From Ophelia neglecta (Eukaryota): a stretch of 64,000 nt of DNA. The notes under the pieces were generated by a model. That model was given only the letters and a program-made list of their open reading frames with translations. It did no database searches and was not told the origin of the DNA. The position numbers and the translations under genes are program-made. This document shows, piece after piece, positions 40,201-55,200 of the stretch. The stretch lies in the NCBI GenBank assembly GCA_965285935.1, contig OZ260666.1, forward strand, positions 50,592,001-50,656,000. The letters run 5' to 3'. How positions within the stretch are numbered: the stretch's first letter is position 1; every line of letters starts with the position of its first letter.

Positions 40201-43200
40201 CCGTTTCCTCCTCCGTCATTTCCGCTTTTGTTTCGACGGCGTACTGGCTTTGTGTAAGCTCAGAGGACACGAAAAGCTCCTCCTCTTCTGAAGGAAGGGG
40301 CACTTTCTCCGCCAGACTCAGGTGACGTGGGTATTCGAGATTCTCGTCCTCTTCGAGAACTGCTTCTAATTGATCCTCCGGCAATCTGCATTGCAAAAAT
40401 TACTACTGATGAATAGGAGACTTAGAAGATACAAACTTAAACAGTGCAGGTTTTCGATAATTCCAGCAGGCGCATTTACCCAATATACCGCGGTACACAT
40501 CTAAACAAAATTACACATATTAAAATATTCTTAGAAGAGGGAGAGAACATTCGACAGAGAACTAATATCATACTATGTCACTTATCAGACTAATCAGATG
40601 GTTAGCATTTCTAACACACAAATATATTTGTCAAACTGTCCAGTATGATTATAACCTGGCGACCAGACATGTTGTATTAATTCCTATGGGCATTATCACC
40701 AAAATATTTACTCGATGACACTCTTTGAAAGGAATTTTTGTGAATACATGTTTGATCGACTGAATGCCGCAGTATTTGGCAAAGCGTACATTGTCTTCTC
40801 TTTCTTAGACTCTCAAGAGATAACTACCCCGAATACGCGACAGTTCCTCGAGTCCTCATTTGACCCAGGGTTTATATATCATGTCTTTTATAGTAAGGTA
40901 TACAAATATGAAATAGCCTAAACCGTGGACACACATTTTGCAACTTTCATTGAATTCGCTGTGTTTGTCTTTCTCTTAATCACGTTCAACTCTTGTCAGT
41001 GCCGGTGGCAATTTAGTAATTGGGAAAATGTTGTCCACTTCGAAACTTGCTACAATAAGTGAGCTCGGTGAGAATAGGGGCCAGCGTGCATTTCTACTAC
41101 GCTTTGGGGGATTTACAAGTAGTTATTTTTCTTTGGTAATGACAATGAATTTATTTGAAAAGAAAACTACTGATAACATCTGTTCTGTTTGTTGATTTTA
41201 ATAGTTTCTTACCTTTCGATGTAAGCTTTGCTGACGTACTTGACGTCGTCTTTGCCAGTGACTAGAAAGTTCTCCGATTGTGTGGTCGACTCGTAATCCT
41301 CCATATAGGTCCTCGCGTATGTCTCAAACTCCTAAAACGATAAAGGTAATAATAGATTCAGTCCCCACTCTTCAGGCTCCGAGACGCCAAAAACCTCATT
41401 GTTAGAAAGAAATCTGATCAATAGAGCAACATTCACGTATGAACCGACTTTCTAGTCGAAAATTTGGCGAAAATCCAATTCTGCATGAACAGCTATGATG
41501 CCACACGATGACATGATAAATGTGTTTTTAAATATCATCACGTTCCTTGGGAAGGAAATAACTTGACAGACTCTTCTTCTAGGTGGATAGACTGATAATA
41601 AAAGTTGATTAATATGCCTATCTCTGTGTGCTGTCAGGTTATTTAAGTGCGTCAAATTCCAATCAGGCTCGTAATGAATTACCGCACGCCTCTCAAAACA
41701 ACACCAACAAGCTACAAAAGGTAGTCGCTTTTTATAAATTGAATGCACCCCTCCGGTAAAAAGACCCATCCATTTTGAAGGTAGCCATTATATGCCGTGA
41801 AATCCGTTGACAAAAATCCTATGGCAAGCAAGGGACAACGGAAATTTTGCAGCAAACAACGTTAATGTTATTTCCTTTAAAGGAGCGTTCGTTCGGCGCG
41901 CGCGAAGAAGCACCTGAATTGTGAATGACAAATTCACAATATGAGATGCCCATTACACTCATCAATGATAAATACCCGCTCCTAATTCTATCAACTGGCA
42001 TTCACACCATTTTTCAGCTTTTTGCGGCATATCATAAGCTTGATAGGCCACTTTGTAACCGGTATTTAGGGGAAAATGTGAACAACTGGCCTTTTGATTT
42101 CCAACAAAAAAAGTATACCACATCTGAATTTCAATTAGATGGCGGCGTTGTGTGAAAGTTTAAAAGAATCTCATGTCCATTACCTGACAAATACATGTCC
42201 AGCTTGACGTATCTTTTTGAAAGAACTTGTCTAATTTAAAATTCCTTTATTACACCATATTTTCATCCCACCGGGTTGATTCTACATGTACATTAATAGT
42301 TTTGGGATCTACAATGTTGATATTATAAGCATATACACATCCACGAGATGAATACAAAATATCATCAAGGGCAAGAAGGGTTATCATTTTAAAATCTACC
42401 TCAATCTGCCTGAGGAGTTTTTTGTTCCCATTCCACTGGAGCTGAAGGCTGCTGCTCTTACCACGACGGTCTGAAGGAAAAAAGACGTTTGTAAAGAGAC
42501 GCTGACAAGGTTCATAGAACATGTTTGTACCGTCTTTAGTGTCACGGAGATGATTCGTTTTACGAGTGTCACTTATTAAAAAATAAATCTGCTTAAGAGT
42601 CACTACACATTCAGAGGTGAACAAGGACAGACAGGCCAGTGTCCATATCTTAATTCCAAAGAATGCATTAGACACGATGTGGTATGCTGGGGGCTCATTT
42701 ACAAATATACCTTTATAACCATTTGCTTTTGTGTTCAGTTCACCAATCATCGACTATAGTATCTGTCAAAACGTGTCTGATTTTGTTAATAATACACGAG
42801 TTTCAAGTTGCATTGACTCGACAGATTTTTCATCATGAACAACCAAACGTAGGTAGAACGAGAGCATGTGTTCCATAAGGCATATGTTTAGGTTTTGCAC
42901 GTTTAAAGATTCAAAGTTCATACATGGCAATAGGCTATTAGTACTATTGTATATATAATGAACTGTTATCAGACATAAAAATTGTTGACTGACCGACATC
43001 AGTTCCTTTCATTTCTTTGAGAGCCGTCTGCCAGAGTGTGACGGTTTCCTGGAAGTCTTTGACCTCTGCGCTGTCCTTCTTCCCGCCACACAACAGGTCT
43101 ATCATTTCCTTTAGAGTGTCGACAACCTCTGTACGCTGGCTCGGGTTCAAGCAGCGTAGCTACAAAGGAGAGACAATTGGTCAAAATATACTCTCAGAGG

Positions 43201-46200
43201 TCCACAATTCTTTTTTTTTGCAAATAAAGGTAACATATTTTCATTGAATATCTGATTTAATTAGAGTCTATTTCAGATCCATAATCGTCCAGTTCCTACT
43301 GGAGGACAAATACAAATCGAATTTCGATCATCGTACGCACCTCGCTCTTGTCATGGTCTGAGAAGTATCTGCCAAGAAAGCGACGCGCCTCCATCTTGAG
43401 TACTGATACACAATCCCGCCAGGTGGCGAACAACTGGTGGCGCATTCTAGGAAGAAATTAATGCAGTTTTTAAAAGTAGGTCACAATTATGTCTACACAC
43501 CCAGCCTGGTATAGATGGGAATCGATTATCAATAACCTAACATTTAAACAAGGGACTGTGATATAATAAGCTACCTCTGGGCATTTTGAACGGCGTCACT
43601 GTCGGGAGGAGGTACTAGGAGGACAAGGGCTGGGATGAAGCCCTCCTGACCTGAACTGTTACGGATCTTCCATCGAGAGATCTGGGAGTTGTCCAGCAAC
43701 AAACACTTTTCTCCTTCTGTCACTGTGATCTGAATAAGAATGTTAACTCAATGAAAAACGTGCATATTTTAATATAATGTCTAGATAATTGGTGGGAGAT
43801 TACGGTACATCTCTGAAGCACTTGTCAGAGTAATCAATTTGGATAAATGACCTCTAGGAAGTAGGTTAAACTTCCAAGTGATGAAGGAAATTGAAAAGGC
43901 CCCTAAAGTGTAAAATTTATTGCAAGATTGGTGTCTACAGAGGAGTGATCCGTCATGATCTCCTGAATCACAGTAGACATTTAAAGACAGGGAAACAGAC
44001 TAATTGACACGCCTTCAAGATCACACAAATAAAATCGGAAATTCATCTCATATCTATATATATAAACGTTTATGGTAGTAATTTAAGAAATAAACGCGAC
44101 GTGCTATAAAGTTCGCCCCAAAAGTAACATTTATTGTTCTTAAGTGTCATGTATCCCACCTCATTTTGTTTGTATGCAGTAAGAGCTTCGACTTTCAGAG
44201 GGCTGGTGACGGCCTGCTGTCTCAGGTGTACAGGCACTATGTACACACTTTTATTGTACAAGTCTTCTATTTTGGTTTGGAAATCCAGCAACTGCTGCAA
44301 TATAATCTGCAAAAAAAAAATGGCGATATGACCGATAAGTGTTGAAAGCCACGTAAAACCCCAAACAACAGCAAAAAAAGATAACAAACACGAATGGTTT
44401 ATAGTTATTTGGAACCATTGTTCACAAATGACATTTTCTATGTAGGTTTAGTATTTTGTTATTTCAATTGATCAGTTACAAACTTACCTTGCTTTCCTTG
44501 ATGAAAGCATGGACGTCTCTTCTTTTATCTTTAATAGCACCATCATAATGACGTAACCGTGACGTCAGCACCTTCAGACTTTGGTCATAGTGTTTTACTT
44601 CGTGGAAGAACTGCAAGAAAAAACAAGGGAATTAAATTCAACCTAAATAACGCTACTTCATTTCTTTTGTGTTTCCTTAGTTACAAAACAAATAATCATA
44701 CACAATGATCTACGATAGAGTAAATGTACTGAGCAGCTTCAGAGCAGAACTTGGTATTAAACTACTTAAATACAGTTCAAGTAGTATTTTTTCAATGGCT
44801 CTGCTCCTTTCGGACATTTAATAGATTCGATCACAGAAACCAGTTTAATCGAAATAGTTTTTATTTCTTTAAGTGTATTAAATCTACCTGGTGGAAAGCG
44901 GCAGCGTTGCGCAGGTGAACGTCCATACATCGTGAAGCTTGTATCAGCCAGTCCCAGGTGCTTCTCACGGCATAAACACACGCCTGAAGAAAGGGATAGA
45001 CCTAATGCAACACGCATTTCTACATGCGCCTGTCATGTCAACATACCAGTTAACTGGACCCAAATACTCGTCAACCCATAGAAACAAAGCTATTTGGGCT
45101 CTCAACATAGAATCACTTTTTTTAGGAGGTTCTAAATGCCTACCCTTTTTCTTTTAAAATTACATTAAACAAATATGGATTAGCTTTGGTTATATGCACT
45201 GTTTTTCCAATCGTAGAGTTGGAAATTCAAAATATATTAATACTCATTGCTAGGTCCCTCTTCTATGAAACACTGATACAGTCTAGGGTGGTAAATGACA
45301 CTAAGTATATGGACGGAAATGATTCTTATTTAAATTGGAAATGTTGACCCTTAATAAGAGTAAGCCTATTTTCAGGAATAGGCTACGTCCCAGCCTGACA
45401 TTCACGTATAGGCAATACTAGTACTATATAGTTAAGACACTCATTTAATTATAAGCATTTCGTACTAGGCCTATGGATAGATATGCTGGTAACAACCTCT
45501 TCACAGTAATGTAAACAACAATAATACCGAATAGTATAATTGATATAACGGTATCTATATGATAGCAATAGTGGTTTGAATTGGTAATAAACCTGACAAT
45601 ACATTGTCCGCACTATTGACATTGCACTTTAGATGTCAATAGACTAACAGTATCAATAACATCAATGCTATTATGTATTAGCTCGTATAAAATAAGTGCA
45701 ATGATGCACTTGTCCATTTGGTATTCTGTAGCTAGCATACAAACGCAGTTCTGTGGCTTTCATTCTGAATACCTACTTTTTGTTAATAATAGGCCTATAG
45801 ACGTAATGACGTAGAAAGTCAGTAAGATACCATTGCGCTGTTTTCACTATTGAAATAATCCAAATGAAAAAAAAACCAGTTGCAGTCCAATAAGTTCGAA
45901 AACACCCCATTCTTACATTATAATTCCTGACGAGGGCGCCTCTGTCGATGAGGCAGTAGCCATCTTCTTCCGTTGGGCAAGTTCCGGCGCACAACTCCAC
46001 AGCACGGTTGTCAACCTCTGTTGTGATCGTCTTAAAGAAAAAAGTATCATTTATTAATTTTTAAAAACCTTCATTTCAAAGTGTGGATAGTGTAAACACA
46101 ACCTTCACAATGATTGCTTCCGCAGTGGTCAAACAGACGAACATTGTATTGTATAAAGCGATATATGTATTTTACCACCACCAAACAAGTTTAAACAGAC

Positions 46201-49200
46201 ACACATGCATCGAATGAATTAGTGCCTAGCTTAAATTGATTGTACATTATGTTTTGGTATAAATGCGTTGAGTTAATATGCTTCTTATTTTACAGTTCAA
46301 GAGGAGGCGCCCTCGTTTGCAAACGATTATTTTTTAAGTAAATCATCATATTATATAATTTACGGCAAAAGAAAATCTTTGTGATGTAGGAAAAGGCTAC
46401 TTCAGTACACGCTTGCTATTCCGTCCGTTATGCCGACATATTGGTGTTGTATTGTTCCGTACTTCCTATTACTTGCCGCAATAATATTGAACTAGTAACT
46501 GACATGACAGGCGCAACAGACGTGCTTAAACATTTAAAACACACAAAAGGATTTTCAGGCTGTTTGAGTTCGCAGATTACCGAGATCAGCCAAGTAGCGC
46601 TGATCACAATTGAATGTTTGTCGTCTGCCGTGAGGATTAGAGGTTAAATATATACACCCAACTAAATCCAACCTAAACAGTCTTGATCCTTCAGCAAACA
46701 TTTGTTTGGTAAGTTTATACCCACTCGTAAAGCATTGGAAGGTAACCATTTTGTCATGAACGCCAAATGATGAAATTGAAAAGGAACAGCTCCATAAGAT
46801 TAAAACATTCCATCGTAATGAATAGTGACTATCTAACTGATCAAATGTTTGATCGCTGGTTGGAAATGGTGATTCAAGTGGGAGTGGTATCAGTGTCAAA
46901 AACAATGGCGACTGGTGCTTAAAAGTAGTTCTTAAAATAGATTTTTGAATAAGCAGTCATGGAACTGTGGCATCTGGAAAAATTAATAAATAACGGACTG
47001 AAAAGTTTAGTTACGGAGGAATTGTGAAATTTCCTATTCTTCCAATGTACCGTAGAGAGCTTTTTACTTTAAAAATCATTTCTGAACAGCCAGATAAGTC
47101 TCGCAGGTCGCATATACCAAAAGCTGTGGGGACTTGTACAATCGTATCTACGAATGCCAGTAGCGGAAGAGGTTTCCTTTCTTCATTCCTTTGAAATCCG
47201 TACTAAATAACTGGTTAACTTGAGATAATTTCTGTATCTATTTATAGTTGTGAATAAAATATGTTCAATTTGACTGCCAATGTCATTCCCTGGCATTGAT
47301 TAATCACTCTTATTTCAAGTAAAGTCTCTCACCTTCACCCGTGTTAATGATATCAAAACTTGTCACGGAGAAATATACTCCTTTGACGAATGAGTGACAC
47401 CTATTTGATTTAGATCTTGTCAGGCCTTTTAAAGTTATTCTGCCCATTTCAGCCAACCCCACTTACAGGTTTTCATATTAACAAGCGTGCCTTCATTTAA
47501 GGTCAAGTTAAGCTGGAACGAACCAACATACAATGAGTTAGCCTTCATGTGCCATAGCTGAGGTCAGGTTTTTCAATGTGGGTGTGTGTTTACCTTTTAC
47601 ATGCTTGTCCAGCACTCGAAAAAAAGATAGTTTAAGCCCATTTCTAAGTGGTGTCATCTCTATACTCAATGCGTTCCTTATAAGTCGAAAATATATGCTT
47701 GGAATGACATGTTATTTCATTGAATGTTGTTCGTTAAGCCTGCTCGTGTGGCCGGAGAATGCTGGAATGTTAATTCTCTGGACAACCTCGGTTTGGCTGG
47801 CATCCATTCAGGAAAATGACAAGCGAAGGCGATTAATAAAGAGTGTTTAGTGCCCCGCGGTAAGGAGGCATTGGGTGTAAATAAAACACCATTAACCACG
47901 TTGTAGCTACACTATCTTGAAGTCATTTGACCGAAACTGTGAGCACTAAAGCAGCTTTAAACAACCTAGCATCCTTAACCTTCAAGGACCTCAGAGCTGC
48001 CACTCACCACCCCAAAGCTGTATAACCATCCTCGGTTAATAAAACCACAACGTCGTAACTATGTGACTTTTTAAATCTGTTCAATTTAACTTCACATTTG
48101 TGAAGGGGCAGTCATTATATACTGAAGTGTACCTGGTAGTATTCTTCGATCTCGGCAACTTTGAGAAGCGTGTCCAGACATTTCTGCTTCTCCTCCGAAA
48201 GCTCCTATGAAAGAGAAAAGACAACACATCAGACATTTTGAATTATATTACACATGGGATGCTATCGTAAAGTATTATCATAAATAAATTACTAGAAAGA
48301 ACCGTGTGTCCTACGTTCACTTTCATCCCTGCCCCTATTACAACAGTATGGCTTTCTCCCAGGTAATAATCAATGGCCAAAAAACCCTACCCCCCCCCCC
48401 CCCTCCACTTTTCCAAATCCCCAACATGCCCTGCCCTCCAGTAAGCATCAATTTCAGATCAAGCAGGCTATCACATTTTACACATACGCAATTGATGAAT
48501 TATACAATTGGATGATCATCGACAGGAATTAAAGCTTATTAAACCAGTGTAATAGTGATCAGTATTTGATTAATTGAATATTACTATATCATTACATGCT
48601 AATTTAATTCCTGGGTTAATATTCTAATAGTAAATCGATAGAAATTTTTACTATGAAAAATGGTATAATGATCCACCGTAGGCCGATAACAGACCATATG
48701 TACTGATTGTATTAAAATGACTTCTGCCCTGCAATGTCGGGGCTGGATGGTAATTGATATTGATCTGGCTTTGAAACATCGAAAACATGCAAAACTATTG
48801 ATTTAAACAATTACAACAATAAACTTGACCCATATTGAACGTAAATTATACATGCTGATAGACCAGCATACGTCGAATTGTTGTATCATACAATGGAATA
48901 ATATACTAGTTAATTCTGGAAAACGAATGATATGGCATATTTACCTGTTCTCACAGGTGAGTAGTGCAGAGATTGGGAACCGTTTACTGCATATTATCAT
49001 TTAGAAATAAAATGTGCTTGGCTCAATCAAATGCTAACTGTAAAGCTATGATGCCTAAGGGAACCACCATAAGGAATAAGGAATTGAGGGGGGGGGGGAG
49101 GGGCTGAACAAACTGATGGCGCCAATTGTTGCGCAGCCCCTTTGTGGAAAAAGTACATGGAAGAAGTACGTGAATCCGCGAGACCAACTTATTTTCTCTA

Positions 49201-52200
49201 TACATAAGAAAAACCTAACTTTCTTTAACTATAATCTTCTAGCCCCCCCCCCCCCCCCCCGTCCATTTGCTTCTTAAGAAAGGTCATGGTGTACAACATC
49301 GAGAAACTAATCCCACATTCTCAGCACATGGCGATATCATACTTAGAGAAGTAGCAGACGATTTTCACACATTAATTTGAATATGAATGAAAGCCTCCAG
49401 GGGCTTTCATAAAACAACAGCTGACGCACATTGTAAATTGTATATTAAAAATAACACGAGCATGATCAGTTTAATGATTAGGGTCAACCCGGGGTCAACT
49501 AATAACATTGGTGCGGTAACTTTTATTTTTGGTAAGATGATAACTATTATTATTGTTATTAATGTGTTCGGGATTTTCAATACTATATATCCAGCACAGG
49601 AAGTTCTACAAGAGGTGGAATGTTGAAACGAACCCCGCAAAAGTTCATTCAAGAGGTCCAATATAGTTTGTATAATATTGATCGATGTCAAGAAATCGAT
49701 AAAATATCGATATAACTACAATTAATAAATCAATAATATCACCTAGACCAAACACTTTTTTCAGAACCTTAATTGGTCAATATATTTTTACTTAAGCATG
49801 CAAATCCTTACATACAGTTTATCAAATGACTTGATATGCAGTTGAATAACACTGTATCATTTGAACGTCGGTAGCTACTGTCTGCCAAACCTCCTGACAC
49901 TGTAGAGATTGGCATTCTGCAAGACCCGTGATTGAATTAGTCTGGGAATCAGCACAAGTATCAAGACTTAATATGAGGCTCATGTTTTATCATAAAAGCA
50001 AATTAAAGTGACAAAAACACCATTCAACTAAAGATTCCTCTCATAAATGGTTTGTTTATACGTCCCATTACAATTAAGTAGTAACTTATTCTGGTCCTCA
50101 AATTATTGTAATCCATGTTTATTGTTATACTAGAATTTCCATAATACATGACTGCCTAACAAGCGGTGAATCAGTCTTTGTTGACATTCTTGTGGCTACA
50201 AGCACTTGATAAACAAAACCATGCTGTTTATAAATACATAAATCTAGGAAAATATGTCACCGTTATTTGAGCTTCTTGGAAATGCAGGATAGCACTCGGA
50301 CGCACTGCTAATGTGTCCTGGTTGATGCGTCAATTGCAAAAACGGTTTGGTATAATATTTGCATTAGTAGGTGCAGCAGACAAGTGGTATTGTGCCTCTT
50401 TAAATGATTCTATTCGATTTGGAAATAGATATATTTTTGCAATTTTATCAGTTGCATCACCCAGGATGATTACAGCCCACTGCTCAGCCCGGTTATAAAA
50501 ATATAAATTCACTTTTCGCTCAGCACCAAGTTCAACTAGATTTCAGATAAGAAGATGCACTAACAGTACGGATGGTACTATTAACATAATTCATAAGCCC
50601 ATGGGACTCTCACCGTCCTCCTACATTGATTGGGATATAATGGAGCCATACTTTATACTTTTGTGTATCTTTCGGCGGCAAACAGATGGCGATAATTAAT
50701 TTAATTACATCAACAATGAGTTAACGTAACTTTCCACGATACCATCAAAATAATAAGCTAAACGCATGCATATGCACGCAGAGGAAAGTTACAACAACTG
50801 TCTGTGCGTTTCATATACTAGTAGGTGACCTTGGTCTGGATGACCAATTATTCTTTTACCATTTTCTACACAATACGTAGCGTGACACAGAAGAAAGGGC
50901 CCCATTTACTAACAGGTATGATAATGCACTACCATTCAATTTGTGTCTTATAACTATTGATGCTTTTCAAAGCATTTGGTCATTATCAGAGAATGTACTA
51001 AGGTACAAATCGGAGTCCGTTCCTCTTTCGCACATAACCACTGCAGCGTTCACGCACAGTGATGCCGTATGGCTATAGATGCAGTTTGTTGTATACAAAA
51101 TCTGGTTCGAACTAGCCATAACGTGATTTATCGTATTGATAAGTTGAAGATAAAATCCATGTCATGACATAACGCTTTCATACTAAAAGCAGAATATAAT
51201 ATATTAGATTATAACATGTAGTCCATTGTGCATGGTAGTTTGACACCAAAATTGAACTTCAAAATCGCCATTAGTAGGAAATTTAAACCCTGTCAGGTGC
51301 AAGTCCTTTTTCCAGCAAAAAGCAATGTCTGTTGTACACAAATAAAAATGTGTAAATCTACATTGTATTAAATCTTGTGTATAATCAGGTTACACTACTG
51401 TATTACATTTCCAGGTGAACACAGAGGTTTAGAATTAAGCTACCACACAGCCCTACCTGTTTCCCAATTAACATGATGTCGAATACGAACAGCTATCCAT
51501 ACAAATGTTTAGTCCTTTTTGGCAGTTCTCTCGGTTCGTAGGCAGTCCGTCAGACGATATATACTGGTACGTTATCCAAAGGAGATAGGGCAGTCATTCC
51601 TTCGCCCACTAGTTTCCTTGCGACAGATACGGTTGTAAAATATCAAATGGAGATCGTAGTTCAAACAGTTTATATTGTCCCATTGTAAACTCAATGACCC
51701 ATAAGAATTCCTGATAATGTATGGTCTGTTCTTTAGAACAAAATACTGACACTGTTCCACAAAGCAGATTCCCTCGTCTGGGACTCTCCGATATAGGGGT
51801 GGGGATTAATTCTCCTGTGCATGGTATAGGGTCTGGCGACTGCTTATAACTGGATTGGCGTCACTAACAATTGGTTTTAATTACCTAACCTAATATGGGC
51901 ATTCCGCACATACAATATGGTACCCCCTTCGAGCCATTTAGAGGCCATTTAGAACACAACGTCGCCAATAGCCTCTACCATATGATTTTGTCCATTAACA
52001 ACCTAAGTATCAAACACAAACTGATCCGATTTGAATTACAAGAGATCAGTTGATATAGCGGCACCACAACGACCTCGATCAGTCAATAGTGTATCAAGAA
52101 ATAACACCAAATCGGTAAATAGCGACCAAGAATGGCAGCTTACCATTAGAATTTAGTTGCCATTCGCCCTGACGCGGAAGCAAACGATCGAACCACGTGT

Positions 52201-55200
52201 ACAGGTGAAGTGTTGATATCCTGTCGCCTCTGATTAATGCACAGGTGAGACACTTTGATGAGACATGGCTAAACCTTAACACTGTAGTGATATCCTCCAA
52301 CTAAACCTTGGTGAATATTCAACCGAGGTAAGCTCCTATACAGCAGCCATAGTCTCAGATCGAGAGAACACCGCTCGCTGTTTAATATGAATTCACACGG
52401 AATTTCTATTTATGTTCGTGTGGCCTTCTTGTACCCAGTCACGCTCGATGGAATTACGTGGTTTTTGTTTTCCCAAGTCACGCCTACCGGCAAAACAGCC
52501 ACAATCTCGTGTGACATGTCATCCTTTGTCATAAAGTTAATTCATATTAGTTTATGAAAGTAAATCATGCGAACGAAACTCTTCAATATTATGTCGTGTT
52601 GCCAATTTCTGTTGTGTCAAAATTTCTCTTTGAATAAAAATATGTCTATTTGAATTCTAATGAGAATAGCCAGCACCAAGACTGGTCTGACTAACAAGTG
52701 TGTGCTTTTCTTGTGTCGAAATTGATGTGCAAAACTATTGTAAGATTCAACTGAAGTAGAGTTATTGGTACACATACTGGCACAGCGGTAGAGCTAATGT
52801 CAACAACGATAGGCATTGTAAATAATAAGGCTATTTAGTTTTATTTATTTAAAAGATTATGCTACCTGGTATAGTACTAATTGTAATTATACAGTCCTTG
52901 ATTAGCTTTGATTTTAAAATGACGCTTCTTTGTGTCCAATCAATTTGGGCAGGTATTAAAACTAAATTATGCGGGATCTTTGTTTTAATGATGATTAGTG
53001 TAGACTAATGACCCGTTGTTCTATGGTCTGTTTAATTATAATAGGGATGTGAATGCAGTTAATTTCCTCTTTAAAAAGGCGTCAACATGAATAACGTGGA
53101 AACTGTTGTAGAAAACGATGGTTTGTAGGTATTACATTATCTTGCAGGATTTTCTTTATGAATTGTCCCCTTCAGTTTTAAAGCATTAACTATACAGTTT
53201 GTATCATAGATTCGCCCATTTGTAAATAACAAAGAGGACGTGTCCATCCATGCTCTTCACAAAAAGTTCTTAGCACTGAAGCGCATAGGCTGAGTTCATG
53301 AACAGCGAGAAGGGCCTTGATATTTGACAGAACATGATTTAAAATCTGACATGTCTGTAAGATTTTTATTTTATAAGTTTCCAGTGAATGAAGCTAAACG
53401 ACTTCAATTTGAATTCAAAATATTCGTTTTATCCTTTAAAACATGTCCAGGCAATAGTCACATGGTTTCATACTGGAAATTCGTATCTATCATGATAACT
53501 ATAAAAATAAACTTGATTAATTCTGGTTGTTAAAAACGCCACAGGTAGACATCCTGCTGTACCTAGGGAAGGTAACAAGGCTTAATAATAGATGATCCCC
53601 CGCAGCCAAACAATTCTTTGATCTCCATAACAGAACATAATTAATGAATGCTGTCTCAAATCATCACTGACAATCACTGTTTTGTAAGTACTGTAGAAAG
53701 TATCTGTTCCGACTCATAATTCATTAATTCGTACGATAATAGAGTCCTTGTCAGTCGAAATTTGAAGGACTATCATTTTATTCACATCTAACTGTTAAGA
53801 ACCAGCAGGCGACAAAAACGTAATTCATACGTTTTTAAAAATAAACCTCACAAAGACAGACAAAGCGTATTCTTGTCCTATTCCACAAAGACGTGACCCA
53901 AATATAAATTTTATGTTACTCAAGTACTGCATAAATCAAACAAACATATTAACATTTTTTCTCTAGAACATTTGAAGGCTCTGTGTTTGAAAAGAGAACA
54001 ATGTCTACTGTACATCTGGATAATTGTATGTCGCTAACCAGATATGATAACCGACCTCGTCATTTGGCCATTGAATTTGTTAAGTTATGTGGGGAACTTC
54101 GGTGGTTTGATAAGTGACCAAAACATCAATGAATCGATATACAGTGATGGTAATCTAGTTTTACCTTGCTCGAGATTAGGCGCTATGCCTCTTAATCAAT
54201 ACCAAGCAACACACAAAGCAACTTCTACAGGTAAATGATGTCTGTATCTTGAGTCGGCATTGGGAGGAGTAAAATACTCTGACATTTGTCATTGGGCATC
54301 GAAGACTACAGTAATTGTGCAAAATAGTAACAGATAATCAGGTGGTTTGTCGCCAAACACAGTGGATATACACTTACATGGGATACAATGTACCAATACT
54401 TAGATTTTATAACTGTCATCATGACCTTACACCAAGGGTACATTACTGGGTAGATTATCATTTCATTAGTGATAAATTCAGTGGGTGAACTGCTTCATCG
54501 ATACGAGCTTAATGGCAACCACAGTTTTATAACTGTATAACATGTATAACGGGAACATAAACGATAAGTAATTGTAAGTCGTACGTGTAGTGCGTTGAAT
54601 GGTTTAACTGGAAAATATACACAAGCTGGCCATGAAATATATGGTGGGAAAAATGAAAATAGTACAATATGACAAGCTAAAAGAACCAAAGTAAATAGAC
54701 CTGTAACAAATGTTTGTTAGCAATGGGCAAACCTTCTTAAGAAAGAGGTTTCTTATTAATTATTCTTTAAGAGTTGCTTATAAACCAATTTCCGCAATCA
54801 CTAGTGCCAATCGTCTGAGCTTAACAACATATTCAAATATTATCTATGTGATCAAATTGCCCCGCAGGTAAAGTCATTAACCTACCGAAAAATCGGAAAG
54901 ATCCAAAGGTTCATCCAGGGATCCCATTGTACAGACACTTGTCCAATCCTGTTTTAAACGGACAAATCCCTTTTGATCCACGTATGATCTGTTTCCTTGT
55001 CATGAACTGCTGTGTCTGAGCTCAAATGTTTCTCAGGTGGCTGCCAGTATTAAAGTGGCGCCACTTTAAGCGTAAAAACCAGATCGCATTTACAAATCAC
55101 AAAATTAATGTTAAACCTTTAGGGACCAGCGTTGATCAGCTGATTAAAGGAAACATCAAAGTCAAAACAACAGCCGCCGGGGTCCCTGTATTTTGATAAA

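Noticed and set aside
53196-53354. 53-codon phase-0 open stretch between ttacag and gtatag
   Set aside because: No similarity to plakin sequence and weak splice signals; indistinguishable from chance.
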